64,000 nucleotides of DNA from a bacterium (GTDB lineage: Bacteria; UBA10199; 2-02-FULL-50-16; JAJFLM01), in assembly GCA_965216315.1 (NCBI GenBank), contig CBDCFN010000016.1, positions 448,001 through 512,000 of the forward strand. Direction: 5' to 3'. A program made the translations under genes and the position numbers. This document shows, one piece after another, positions 46,386-56,187 of the stretch (positions are counted from its first letter, which is position 1; each line of letters begins with the position of its first letter). The notes beneath the pieces were generated by a model that did not search any database, was not told the origin of the DNA, and saw only the letters and a list, made by a program, of their open reading frames with translations.

Positions 46386-49079
46386 CTAATCCTTTGGTCT
46401 CCATACAATCCAACGCTTGCGGGCAGTTAGGTCCTGCTTGTCTTTAACGATGACGTTGATTCGATTGAGTCCCGGCTCTAAGGGGACCGTTACATCAAAG
46501 GGGGCGGTGCTATTGGCCTCAGCACCGATTGATTCGTAGAAGACTTTATCGAAGTTAGCGAAGACGTATATTTCTTTAATTTTATCGTCGTCGGTGGCCA
46601 TGCCGGAAAATTGGTATTTCTTCTTATCGCGCCAAAAAGGTTGCTCGGGAAGATCGACTTTCAGGTTTGGAGGCTCTTGCCATTGGCTCATCGGAGGAGA
46701 GTATTTATCTTTAGTTTCAGCCAGGATCAGCCGGTCATGTAATGAATAGCCGGTGTTCCTGTCCTCGATGGCGACTATCATGCGAGCTTCATTTAAGGGA
46801 AGGTCCGGTTTGAGGTGGATTGTCAGAGAGGCCTCGGTCGATTTTCCTGGCTCAATCGGATCCAATTTGGCGCGTCCCTTTTTAAGGATGACATGGCTTT
46901 TTTCTTGGTTGGCGAGATTAAGGACGGGTTCTTTAGCTGCCGCGGTGCCAATATTGCGAATGGAAAATACTAATTCAATATCCTGGCCCGGTTTAATTTC
47001 TTGTTTCGGGTTTTTGAGCGCCCACTGATAAGTAAAGCGCGGGTCTTTTGCCTCCTGAATGTCGATAGGTATTTCCGTTGTTTCAGGGACATGTCCGTGT
47101 AGCTCCTGGAATTTAATATTGATTGGAATTCTTTGCGCCGGAATTGTCGCTGGAATTTTTACGTCTACGGAACGTTGTTGTGATTCACCCGGATTGATGC
47201 GGCCTAGCGGAAATTCTAGGTCTGAAAATAATGGATTTTCACTCTCTGTAACGGCAAGGAGACGATAAAAGGGGCCGTTCCCATTATTCTTAACGGAAAT
47301 ATGGATCTTAATATCCTGATCGCCAACTAACGTTTTGATTTTTTTATCTTTTGAAGAAAACCAAAGTTTGAGATCCGCCTTCGGCTCACCTTTTTTTGGA
47401 CCTTTTGACCAGTCAATATTCTCCTTTTTGAGGGCTTCAATGAGGACTTTGTCTTGTTCGGCTTCTATTTCGGAGATAATTTTTGAGACAGCTTTTAACT
47501 CCGATTCTTTGTTTGGTGATACGCCATGCCTGAGGATGCGTGTTGCTAATTCGACTGGATAATCATGTGAAAGTTGGACGGTGCCGGTAATGTTTTCAGG
47601 TTTTTCAGTTGTGTCTAGATAAGAGAGTTTAAACTTGGCTTCTTTGGGTTTATTGCCATCATCCTTTTTATCAAAACGTTTTTCCAGATCATGTTCGCGG
47701 CGTGCTTGGTTTTCTACAAGGTCGATCCTCTTGTCCGAGACCTGCTGTGGCATCATTAGGACATCGGGCATGATCCCAGCAGTTTGGACGTCCTCCGTGC
47801 CAGCCGCGAGATATTTGGCTATGGTGAGCTTTAAGGCAGAACCGTCTTTCAAATCGTAAAGCGTTTGGACAGTTCCCTTGCCAAAGGTGCGATTGCCTAA
47901 AATAATGGCTCGCCCATGCGATTGGATGGCCCCCGCAAGAATTTCGGAAGCCGAAGCACTGCCCTCGTTAACGAGGACAACGACAGGGATTGATTCGTAA
48001 ACGTCGTTGCGACGCGCTCGATCTTCTTCGTGCAGCTGATTGCTGAGTCCAACTGTGCTAACGATAATACCATCTTCTAGAAAGGCATCAGCCATAGAAA
48101 CCGATTGATCGAGTAGCCCTCCAGGATTGTTGCGCAGATCTAAAATGATTCCGTCCAGTCCTTTCGTACGGGAAGAGAGGCGGCGAAGGGAACGATGAAA
48201 CTCTGAAAGAGTGTCTTCTTGAAAGTTCTTAATCTTGACTAAGGCAATTTTTTCATTTGGTAATAATTCAGCTTTAACAGAATCAATGGTGATAAGAGCT
48301 CGGCGAATCGTGAAACTTAAGGGGTCCGGGACGTTTTCGCGCTTGATGAGCACGGTGACTATTGTTCCGATTTTCCCACGCAACCTTTCGACGGCTTCAG
48401 TAAGCGTCATGTTGATAGTTGGTTCGTCTTCAATCTGAATAATGCGATCGGCAGCTTTAAGTCCTGCGCGGAAGGCGGGAGTTCCTTCCAGTGGAGAAAT
48501 TACTGTAAGGTAGCCATCTCGAATGCCGATGGCGATACCGACTCCCCCAAAGTTACCGCTTGTGCCAATTTTAAATTCTGAATAAATTTTTGGACGCAGG
48601 AATGTACTGTGAGGGTCTAGGGCGGAAACAACGCCACCGATTAATAAATATTCAACGTTTTCTTCAGTCGTGTTTTCGTCGTCTTTAGGGAGATTGGCTT
48701 TAACAAAATCGACTATGTGTCCCAAGAAATTGGGAAGGTTTCTTAGCTCAAGTTCCGGAGGAACGTCGAAGCGCCGCGACTTGCCGGAGACCTCAATAAT
48801 AACCTTGTCGTCACCTTTCCATCGCACCATGACGGGAGCCAGTCCTTGCTGCATGATATGAAGTGCCTTTTTAAGCATCTCCCGGTTGTCCAGTGTGTCT
48901 GGGGCGACGTAGTTGTTATGGATGTAGTAGGCCACTCGCTTAAGGACCCTGAGATTGTTTTGGGCCTGGCCGGTGGCATCCCAGCGGCGGGGAAGACGGT
49001 ATTGGACATAAAGGTATGAGACCACGATGGCCACAATCACAACGAGCGTGGCGAAGAAGGTCTTTTTGACAAGTCGCAT
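46386..49079 (-). CDS. Carboxy-terminal processing protease (S41A, PDZ) with extra C-terminal beta-sandwich domains
   Basis: 'LDPHS', 'GGVGI', 'DLRNNPGGLL', 'SASASEI', 'TFGKGTVQ'; start reassigned to 49079 (GGAG RBS, N-terminal TM). Confidence 0.92.
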   Translation of the reverse strand: MRLVKKTFFATLVVIVAIVVSYLYVQYRLPRRWDATGQAQNNLRVLKRVAYYIHNNYVAPDTLDNREMLKKALHIMQQGLAPVMVRWKGDDKVIIEVSGKSRRFDVPPELELRNLPNFLGHIVDFVKANLPKDDENTTEENVEYLLIGGVVSALDPHSTFLRPKIYSEFKIGTSGNFGGVGIAIGIRDGYLTVISPLEGTPAFRAGLKAADRIIQIEDEPTINMTLTEAVERLRGKIGTIVTVLIKRENVPDPLSFTIRRALITIDSVKAELLPNEKIALVKIKNFQEDTLSEFHRSLRRLSSRTKGLDGIILDLRNNPGGLLDQSVSMADAFLEDGIIVSTVGLSNQLHEEDRARRNDVYESIPVVVLVNEGSASASEILAGAIQSHGRAIILGNRTFGKGTVQTLYDLKDGSALKLTIAKYLAAGTEDVQTAGIMPDVLMMPQQVSDKRIDLVENQARREHDLEKRFDKKDDGNKPKEAKFKLSYLDTTEKPENITGTVQLSHDYPVELATRILRHGVSPNKESELKAVSKIISEIEAEQDKVLIEALKKENIDWSKGPKKGEPKADLKLWFSSKDKKIKTLVGDQDIKIHISVKNNGNGPFYRLLAVTESENPLFSDLEFPLGRINPGESQQRSVDVKIPATIPAQRIPINIKFQELHGHVPETTEIPIDIQEAKDPRFTYQWALKNPKQEIKPGQDIELVFSIRNIGTAAAKEPVLNLANQEKSHVILKKGRAKLDPIEPGKSTEASLTIHLKPDLPLNEARMIVAIEDRNTGYSLHDRLILAETKDKYSPPMSQWQEPPNLKVDLPEQPFWRDKKKYQFSGMATDDDKIKEIYVFANFDKVFYESIGAEANSTAPFDVTVPLEPGLNRINVIVKDKQDLTARKRWIVWRPKD

Positions 49080-49272
49080 TATAAGCTCCGCAAATTCTCC
49101 ATTATCATTTAACCCGACTAAATCATTTAAGATTTTGGGACAAGTTAAAAAAACGAATCTTGCAGATCCGGCATAGACTGATTTATGGTACACTGCCGGG
49201 AGTTGGCAAGGTGCCACCTCCCCCCCTAAGTTGGATCTTGATGTCGAATTGTAACTAAAGGAGCCGTAATTA

Positions 49273-49935
49273 ATGAGGGACCGAACTCGCCTGGGAGCGG
49301 GTGGCTTTTGGATGTTAAGGGTACTGCTCGTTGGTGTGTTCAGTTGGTTGATGACCGGAGGATCGGCTCAAGCCACGATGACGCTGCCGATGCGGTTTGA
49401 CGAAATTGTCCGGCAGTCAGGACAGGCATTTGTCGGGCGCTGTGTCTCCCTTGACTATGGGATCGATGAAAACGGGATCCCGGCGGCTTATATAGAATTT
49501 GAGGTGAGCCAGCCGATCAAAGGTGTTTCAACGGACCGGGTCACTTTGAAGCAGTATGGACTGATTCCCCAGCCTCAGGCTGACCATCTTCTGCCCGATG
49601 TTGGCTATTACGAGTCCGGTATCGTTTCTTTAAAGACGATGCAGGGTTCCGGCGGTTCCTATCGGATCGACGAAGAGCTCGTCTTATTCCTCTATCCGGC
49701 GAGCAAACTTGGGTTTAGCTCGCCGGTTGGTTTTGGCCAGGGTCTCTTCAGGGTGAGACGGACCCATGATGGGCGCGAGTATGTTGCCAATAGCTTTCAA
49801 AATGCTTTTCTCGGTCGTATCGGAAAACCCAATGCATCTGTTTCAGCCTATCAAAATAATCATTCTCAACTGACGAACGCATTAGAACTAGATTCTTTGC
49901 TCGAGTGGGCCTCACGTCTCCGGGAGGGGTCATGA
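49273..49935 (+). CDS. Exported partner protein 1 (paralogue of 51329..51961)
   Basis: Signal peptide AQA-T; 'DEIVRQSGQAFVGRC', 'VSQPIKG', 'EELVLFL', 'SPVGFGQGLFRV'. Confidence 0.75.
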   Translation: MRDRTRLGAGGFWMLRVLLVGVFSWLMTGGSAQATMTLPMRFDEIVRQSGQAFVGRCVSLDYGIDENGIPAAYIEFEVSQPIKGVSTDRVTLKQYGLIPQPQADHLLPDVGYYESGIVSLKTMQGSGGSYRIDEELVLFLYPASKLGFSSPVGFGQGLFRVRRTHDGREYVANSFQNAFLGRIGKPNASVSAYQNNHSQLTNALELDSLLEWASRLREGS

Positions 49936-51329
49936 AGCCCGTCTTGGTAAGAAGTATGTTGATTGTGGTTCTTATCTCAACGGTAGGTGCTGGGCCGATT
50001 CTTGTCGATACGGTGATTACGGGCGATGCCGTTGTTTGGAAAGATGGTCTTGTCACGTACAATCCTGAAACGACGACTGACGGGGTGGGAGGAGAACTTG
50101 GACGTTTAAGCAATGAAGAAGCACGCGGACTAATCACGGAAATTTTTGATAAATGGTCCAATGTCACCTTGCCGAGCGGCACTGTTGAGGTGAGCACTGT
50201 CAACTTGACGGTCGAAGAAGGTGCCAGCCTCGGCAATGTCGATACGAGCAATCTGAATGATCATTTTACTTACTGTCCGCCGACGGAATTCTGTCCCGAT
50301 ACTGATCCGCCTTTTATTCGCGGAAGTGCGCGTAGTGGAGAGAGTCCACTTTTATTTGATTCGGATGGGAGCCTGACCGATATGATACTCGGTTCGGGCG
50401 CCAGTAATAACATTCTTGGTTTTGCCGGCCCGCGAGTCGTTGCGCGCGAATCATCGAACCTTTTTATCGTTGAGGCGCAAGCCGTCTTGAATGGACGCTT
50501 TATTGATTGTGCTCCAGATGCCGATGCGGCGGATGCCTGTCAAACGCCTGAAGTTTCGGTTGATGCCTTCAAGGCCGTTGTATTCCATGAAATGGGACAT
50601 TTCCTTGGATTGGATCACACGCAAGTCAACCTTGACCAGCTCAATGCCGCTTTATCGGGAGATTCAGCAGCTGCGAGTCACGTTGCGACTATGTCCGCGC
50701 TTTTTGTTGGGAAAGAGCAACTAGAACCGCACTATGATGATAAGGTAGCGATTAGTACGCTGTATCCGTCAGCGATTTTTTTGAGCGATTTTTGTGCAAT
50801 TACCGGGACCGTGTTTCAGTCCAATGGGTTGACAGCCGTGCAAGGTGTTAACGTGATTGCACGCCATGTTGGTGATCCATTAGTTGAAGCCACAAGTTTT
50901 GTCTCCGGGTCGCTTTTTACCGGGTCGCAAGATTGTTCTGTTGCCACCGGGGGGTTCGTATTGCGAGGGATCCGGCCGCGTTCAAGTTATACGCTCGAAG
51001 TCGAGCCTATTTCACCGATATTTCAGGGTGGGTCGAGTGTGGAGCCCTGCGATCCGCCGCAAGCGGGTTTTGATGCTCAAGTCGCAACGGGGACGTTTTC
51101 ATGTGAAAGTGGGGGGCAAGATGTTACGGTAGGAACGGCTCAGGGAACCGACTTTGTTACGACCAAAGGCCAAAGCGGTAGCGACGGATCAAGCGGAGCT
51201 GCGGGGGCAGGGAGCGGCTGTAGCTTGAATCCAGAGGGTCGTAGAAGTTCCTCTTTCCTTTTATTAGGGGTTCTTCTATTATTGTGGAGGTTACGAAGTC
51301 GGGTTTTCATAAAAAAAGAAATGGGGTGA
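49932..51329 (+). CDS. Matrixin-like metzincin protease 1 with GC-CTERM tail
   Basis: 'HEMGHFLGLDH', Met-turn 'ATM', C-terminal 'GSGCSL' + TM + basic residues; ATGA overlap with the partner gene. Confidence 0.85.
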   Translation: MKPVLVRSMLIVVLISTVGAGPILVDTVITGDAVVWKDGLVTYNPETTTDGVGGELGRLSNEEARGLITEIFDKWSNVTLPSGTVEVSTVNLTVEEGASLGNVDTSNLNDHFTYCPPTEFCPDTDPPFIRGSARSGESPLLFDSDGSLTDMILGSGASNNILGFAGPRVVARESSNLFIVEAQAVLNGRFIDCAPDADAADACQTPEVSVDAFKAVVFHEMGHFLGLDHTQVNLDQLNAALSGDSAAASHVATMSALFVGKEQLEPHYDDKVAISTLYPSAIFLSDFCAITGTVFQSNGLTAVQGVNVIARHVGDPLVEATSFVSGSLFTGSQDCSVATGGFVLRGIRPRSSYTLEVEPISPIFQGGSSVEPCDPPQAGFDAQVATGTFSCESGGQDVTVGTAQGTDFVTTKGQSGSDGSSGAAGAGSGCSLNPEGRRSSSFLLLGVLLLLWRLRSRVFIKKEMG

Positions 51330-51961
51330 TGCTTGTGCGTCGTTTTCTAATTGTTGGAATAGCTATTTTAATAGTGAGTTTTTCTGTCGGTCAGTCCAAG
51401 GCAACTATGGTCCTGTCGGTTAATCTGGAACAGATGACTGAGACAGCGGACCGGATTTTTTTAGGGACCGTGCAGTCTGTCGAAGATGCCTATGATTCGG
51501 ATGGGCGTTGGTGTCAATTTGTGACATTTTCCATCATTGAAACGTATAAAGGGAATCTTTCTTCAAATTTAAAGATCAAACAGGTTAATTCAAAACCAAC
51601 AGATACGGACGATGAGACTATCGTGCGCAGCACGATGTTTCAGGGGGTTCCTCAGTATAAAGTAGGTGAGGAGGTCGTTGTTTTTCTTCACGGCGACAGT
51701 CCAATAGGTTTTACGAGTCCGGTTGGGCTCAGCCAGGGCGCGTTTCGGGTTGTCAAAGATGACAATGGCGGTAAGAAACTTGTGAATGGGGCCGGCAATT
51801 TAGGGCTCTTTAAGAAGATGAAGGCGACTCCCGCACTCAAGGCTCAGGGGATTGATTCAGTACGCTTCCAGGCATTGAGTACTTCACCTAAGGATCTTTA
51901 CCTTGATCAAATGCGTTCGATGCTAAAGGCATTGACTCAAAAGAAAGCGGCAAAGGAGTAG
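51329..51961 (+). CDS. Exported partner protein 2
   Basis: Signal peptide SKA-T; 'LEQMTETADRIFLGTV', 'ETYKG', 'GEEVVVFL', 'SPVGLSQGAFRV'; TGATG overlap. Confidence 0.78.
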   Translation: MLVRRFLIVGIAILIVSFSVGQSKATMVLSVNLEQMTETADRIFLGTVQSVEDAYDSDGRWCQFVTFSIIETYKGNLSSNLKIKQVNSKPTDTDDETIVRSTMFQGVPQYKVGEEVVVFLHGDSPIGFTSPVGLSQGAFRVVKDDNGGKKLVNGAGNLGLFKKMKATPALKAQGIDSVRFQALSTSPKDLYLDQMRSMLKALTQKKAAKE

Positions 51962-51967
51962 CCCAAC

Positions 51968-53290
51968 ATGCGTATGAAGCCCATTTTTTCCTTATTTCTG
52001 CTCTTGGTTGCATTCCCTGTGACTGCCCTGGGATATGGTCCCAATGTTATTACCAGTAGTGGCATCGTGACATGGCAGCTGCCGGTCATTATTGATGTTG
52101 AGGGTGACCAGATAAAAAACTGTGATGGTGGCGCGACAGTTGATTTAAGTAATCACATCGCTAATGCGGCAAGTATTTGGACTGGAGCACCGGAAACAGG
52201 CTTAACGACACAAGTTCGTACTATCACGAGTGGCGGGAATCCACTGAGTGTTGACGAAACGAATTATTGCGACGTTATGTTTGATCAAGGCTCTTGTCAA
52301 TTTGGGGGGAATCAAAGTGGTCCCGCCGACGGTGGTTTTAATCCCATTGTTTATGATGAAGACGGCGCGATTACTGACCTGTTCTTTGGTGTCAACGCCA
52401 AGCAAAGCACGCTGGGATTTGCCGGCATTGTCTTGCGTGAGACGGGATCACTCAATGCTGCCAAGGGTGAAGGCGTTATTAACCTTTTTTGCATGGATCC
52501 CTGTGCCGGCTCCTCTTGTACGGCGACTTTTTCTGCGAATGATGTCCTCGCCTTTGTTGTCCACGAACTTGGTCATTTTTTCGGCATGAATCATACTCAG
52601 GTCAACTTTGATCAAACTAATGAAAGCTTTACCTCGACAATGTTCGCCGTATTTGATCCGGATTCAGTAGCGGATATCACGACATTAGAACGCGATGACG
52701 AGGTTGGAATTGCTGATTTATATCCGAATGGAGGCAATGATCTTGACGATAATTTTTGCGCGGTGACGGGGACAGTTCTCGATGAAAACGGGGATGAGTT
52801 TCAGTGTGCTAATATCATTGTGCGTAATACGAATACGACTGGGAGTAAGAATCTTGCCGATGCCATAAGTTTTGTTTCGGGAGGAGATCGGGAAGGTGGC
52901 ACTGCGGCGAGTGGGCGTGGGGCATTTACGGTGCGCGGTTTGGCCCCGGGGGAAACCTATCAAGTAACGGTCCAGCAAATTGATACGACCTTCCCGTTAA
53001 ATGCTTCCTCTTCGGGTATTGTCCCGTGCAACGGAGGGAACGGAAATCCGACGCCTCCTGAGTTTACGTCGCAAACGCTGAGTGAAACGGTCACGTGCCA
53101 GGCGGCCGGTTCAAGTCTCGTTGCGGTTGGAAATAGCCAGCAGCTGACGGTCAGTGAAGGGGATACTATCACCCTTTCCGATATAACCCTCACAGACACG
53201 AATAAAAATGTGGCATCTGGAAGTGGGAGCGGCGGAATTGGTGGTGGCGGGAGTGCCGGTAGCAGTAGCGGCTGCAGCCTCATTCGCTGA
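51968..53290 (+). CDS. Matrixin-like metzincin protease 2 ending in GCSLIR
   Basis: Signal peptide; 'HELGHFFGMNH', Met-turn 'STM'; paralogue of 49932..51329. Confidence 0.85.
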   Translation: MRMKPIFSLFLLLVAFPVTALGYGPNVITSSGIVTWQLPVIIDVEGDQIKNCDGGATVDLSNHIANAASIWTGAPETGLTTQVRTITSGGNPLSVDETNYCDVMFDQGSCQFGGNQSGPADGGFNPIVYDEDGAITDLFFGVNAKQSTLGFAGIVLRETGSLNAAKGEGVINLFCMDPCAGSSCTATFSANDVLAFVVHELGHFFGMNHTQVNFDQTNESFTSTMFAVFDPDSVADITTLERDDEVGIADLYPNGGNDLDDNFCAVTGTVLDENGDEFQCANIIVRNTNTTGSKNLADAISFVSGGDREGGTAASGRGAFTVRGLAPGETYQVTVQQIDTTFPLNASSSGIVPCNGGNGNPTPPEFTSQTLSETVTCQAAGSSLVAVGNSQQLTVSEGDTITLSDITLTDTNKNVASGSGSGGIGGGGSAGSSSGCSLIR

Positions 53291-53341
53291 TATTGGGAAG
53301 AACTTTACAATTGGCCGGAGCTTTCCTAAGGTCCGGCTCCT

Positions 53342-54469
53342 ATGAAAGCTCGGCAGACGCGTGAAATTTCCATTGGTCGGCATCGGCTCGGTGGATCCAA
53401 TCCTATTCTAGTGCAATCCATGGCGGCGACGCCGACACGGGATGTTGCGGCGACGTTGCGGCAGGTTCACATTTTGGAGACCGCAGGTGCGGATCTGATC
53501 CGAATCGCTGTCGATACACCGCGCGATTTGGAGGCCTTGCGCGAAATTAGAGACCAGACTGAAGCGGCCCTGGTTGTCGACCTGCAAGAGAATTATCAGC
53601 TGGCTCAGGATGTAGCGCCTTTGGTCCAAAAGTTTCGTTACAACCCGGGCCATCTTCATCATCGCGAACGTGAGAAGACTATTGAGCAAAAAGTCGCCTG
53701 GTTGGCAGATGTGGCAACGAAACATAACTGTGCCATTCGTGTCGGTGTCAATTGCGGCTCGATCGATCCGAAGATACTTGAACGTTACCCGGATGATGAT
53801 GACGCAGCTCTCGTAGCCTCCGCAACAGAACATTGTAATTTTTTGGATGAGATAGGGTTTAAAAATTATCTCGTTTCCTTGAAAGATTCGGATCCCAATA
53901 CGGTTATTGAAGTCAATAAGCAGTTTGCCGCGGAGCGACCCGATGTCCCCCTGCATCTTGGTGTCACCGAGGCCGGGATGCCACCTGAAGGCGTGATAAA
54001 AACACGTATTGCGTTTGAGCAGCTACTGTCTCGTGGAATTGGCGATACCGTTCGGGTTTCGCTGACAGTTCCTTTTGATGACAAGGGTCAGGAAATCGAA
54101 GTCGCTCGTGAAATCATCGATGACATTGAGCATGGCCGGTTTCGTTCGGTCCCTGTCTTTGAGAATAATGGGCTTAATATTATTTCCTGCCCTTCTTGCT
54201 CACGGGTTGAAAATGAGAAATTTGTGGAGCTGGCTCAGGAAGTCAAAAAGGTGACCGAGTATGCCAAGGACCATGATTTGACTATCGCTGTTATGGGCTG
54301 TCGCGTGAATGGTCCCGGCGAGACGGATGACGCGGATCTGGGTCTCTGGTGTGCACCGACGGTAGTCAATCTGAAGAAAAAGGAAGATTTGATTGGAACT
54401 TTTTCTTATGAAGAGATAATTCCTCGTTTGAAAAAGGAACTCGACAACCTCATTAATAATACACAATAA
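53342..54469 (+). CDS. ispG: HMBPP synthase
   Basis: 'ILVQSM', 'RYNPG', 'IRVGVNCGS', '[10 protein letters not shown]', 'SCPSCSR', '[12 protein letters not shown]'. Confidence 0.96.
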   Translation: MKARQTREISIGRHRLGGSNPILVQSMAATPTRDVAATLRQVHILETAGADLIRIAVDTPRDLEALREIRDQTEAALVVDLQENYQLAQDVAPLVQKFRYNPGHLHHREREKTIEQKVAWLADVATKHNCAIRVGVNCGSIDPKILERYPDDDDAALVASATEHCNFLDEIGFKNYLVSLKDSDPNTVIEVNKQFAAERPDVPLHLGVTEAGMPPEGVIKTRIAFEQLLSRGIGDTVRVSLTVPFDDKGQEIEVAREIIDDIEHGRFRSVPVFENNGLNIISCPSCSRVENEKFVELAQEVKKVTEYAKDHDLTIAVMGCRVNGPGETDDADLGLWCAPTVVNLKKKEDLIGTFSYEEIIPRLKKELDNLINNTQ

Positions 54470-54484
54470 GGCGTACCTAATTGT

Positions 54485-56182
54485 ATGCGCTTTAGCCAAT
54501 CTCTTATAGTAACCCGCCGCGACGCTCCGGCGGATGCCGAAACAATCTCCCATCAGCTGATGGTGCGGGCGGGTTTTATTCGTAAGCTGGCGTCCGGGAT
54601 TTATACTTATTTGCCGCTTTGTCTGCGGACGTTACGCAAGATTGAGCAAATCATCCGTGAAGAGTTGAATGCTGCGGGGGCACAAGAATTACTGATGCCT
54701 GTCGTGATGCCGGCGAGTCTCTGGAAAGAATCCGAGCGCTGGGATTTTTATGGGAAAGAATTGCTCCGCTTCAAAGATCGCAAGGACAATGATTTTTGTC
54801 TTGGACCGACACACGAAGAAGCGATTACAGATCTGGTTCGCAATGACGTCAAATCATATCGCCAATTACCGCTTAACCTTTATCAAATTCAGACGAAGTT
54901 TCGCGATGAAATCCGGCCGCGTTTTGGCCTGATGCGGGGGCGCGAGTTCATCATGAAAGACGGTTATAGCTTTGATGCGAATGAGGAGACCGCTCGAGTG
55001 ACGTATCAGAAAATGTATGATGCTTATATGCGGATCTTTGAGCGCTGCGGTCTTGAATTTCGTCCCGTCGATGCGATGACGGGGGCTATCGGTGGGTCTT
55101 TGAGTCATGAATTTCAAGTCCTGGCCGAGACGGGAGAGGATCCCATCCTGGCGAGTTCGGAGACCGACTATGCGGCGAATATCGAGAAGGCACCGTTGGA
55201 CCCGACAGTTGATTTAGAGAGCGTATCAATGGAGTCGGGTCGGAATGAAAAGGTTGAGACGCCGAAGTTAACGAGTGTCGAGGAGGTAGCCTCATTTCTC
55301 GGTGTCGGACAGGATGGCCTCGTGAAAACCCTCGTTTTTGAGACCGATGCGGGGCCAATTGCGGCACTAGTCCGCGGCGATCAAGAGCTCGTTGAAGAAA
55401 AGCTCAAATTGGTTAGTGGTGTCGAACAACTCGTGATGGCCTCCGAAAAAACGATCCATGATATTGGCAGTGCTGTGGGTTTTACGGGTCCGCTGGGTCT
55501 GAAGATTCCGGTTTATGCGGATTACGGGGTGGCGGCGATGAAGGATTTCGTAGTCGGCGCGAATGAAAGAGATGTGCACCTCAAGAACGTGAATTTAGGT
55601 GATTTTGAAGTGAAGGGTTTCTTCGATCTCAGGCGAGCCGTCGCTGGGGATCCTTGTCCTGAAGGCGGTGTTTATGAAGGATTCCGTGGCATTGAAGTAG
55701 GCCATGTCTTTTATCTCGGTGACAAATACTCGCGCTCCATGAAGGCCGTTTTCTTGGATGAGCAAGGGAAAGAACAGTACATGGTCATGGGTTGTTATGG
55801 TATCGGTGTGGGTCGAACCGCGGCAGCGGCGATTGAGCAGAATCATGATGAGTCGGGAATCATTTGGCCGCGCAGTATTGCTCCCTACGAAGTGGTTCTG
55901 ATTTCGCTGAAGGTGGAAGATGCCGAGGTCGCACGCGTTTCTAAGGAGCTTTATCAGCGCTTGCAAACTGCGGGAGTCGAAATCATTTGGGATGATCGTA
56001 AAGAATCTCCAGGGGTTAAGTTTAAAGATGCGGATTTGATTGGATTTCCATTTCAAATCGTCGTAGGGGTGCGAGGTCTTCAGGATAAGCAGGTAGAGAT
56101 CAAGAATCGCCAGACGGGCGAGAAGGTTTCCGTGGCCCTGGACCAGGTTGAAACCGCAGTGAAGCAGCGGTTGGAGGAGTAA
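54485..56182 (+). CDS. proS: Prolyl-tRNA synthetase (with editing insertion)
   Basis: 'LGPTHEE', 'KFRDEIRPRFGLMRGREF', 'IEVGHVF', 'MGCYGIGV'. Confidence 0.98.
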   Translation: MRFSQSLIVTRRDAPADAETISHQLMVRAGFIRKLASGIYTYLPLCLRTLRKIEQIIREELNAAGAQELLMPVVMPASLWKESERWDFYGKELLRFKDRKDNDFCLGPTHEEAITDLVRNDVKSYRQLPLNLYQIQTKFRDEIRPRFGLMRGREFIMKDGYSFDANEETARVTYQKMYDAYMRIFERCGLEFRPVDAMTGAIGGSLSHEFQVLAETGEDPILASSETDYAANIEKAPLDPTVDLESVSMESGRNEKVETPKLTSVEEVASFLGVGQDGLVKTLVFETDAGPIAALVRGDQELVEEKLKLVSGVEQLVMASEKTIHDIGSAVGFTGPLGLKIPVYADYGVAAMKDFVVGANERDVHLKNVNLGDFEVKGFFDLRRAVAGDPCPEGGVYEGFRGIEVGHVFYLGDKYSRSMKAVFLDEQGKEQYMVMGCYGIGVGRTAAAAIEQNHDESGIIWPRSIAPYEVVLISLKVEDAEVARVSKELYQRLQTAGVEIIWDDRKESPGVKFKDADLIGFPFQIVVGVRGLQDKQVEIKNRQTGEKVSVALDQVETAVKQRLEE

Positions 56183-56187
56183 GTATT

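Noticed and set aside
49200..49250. sigma54 or sigma28 promoter before the protease module
   Set aside because: TGGCA..TGC spacing is wrong for -24/-12, and TAAG..GTCGAA spacing is too short
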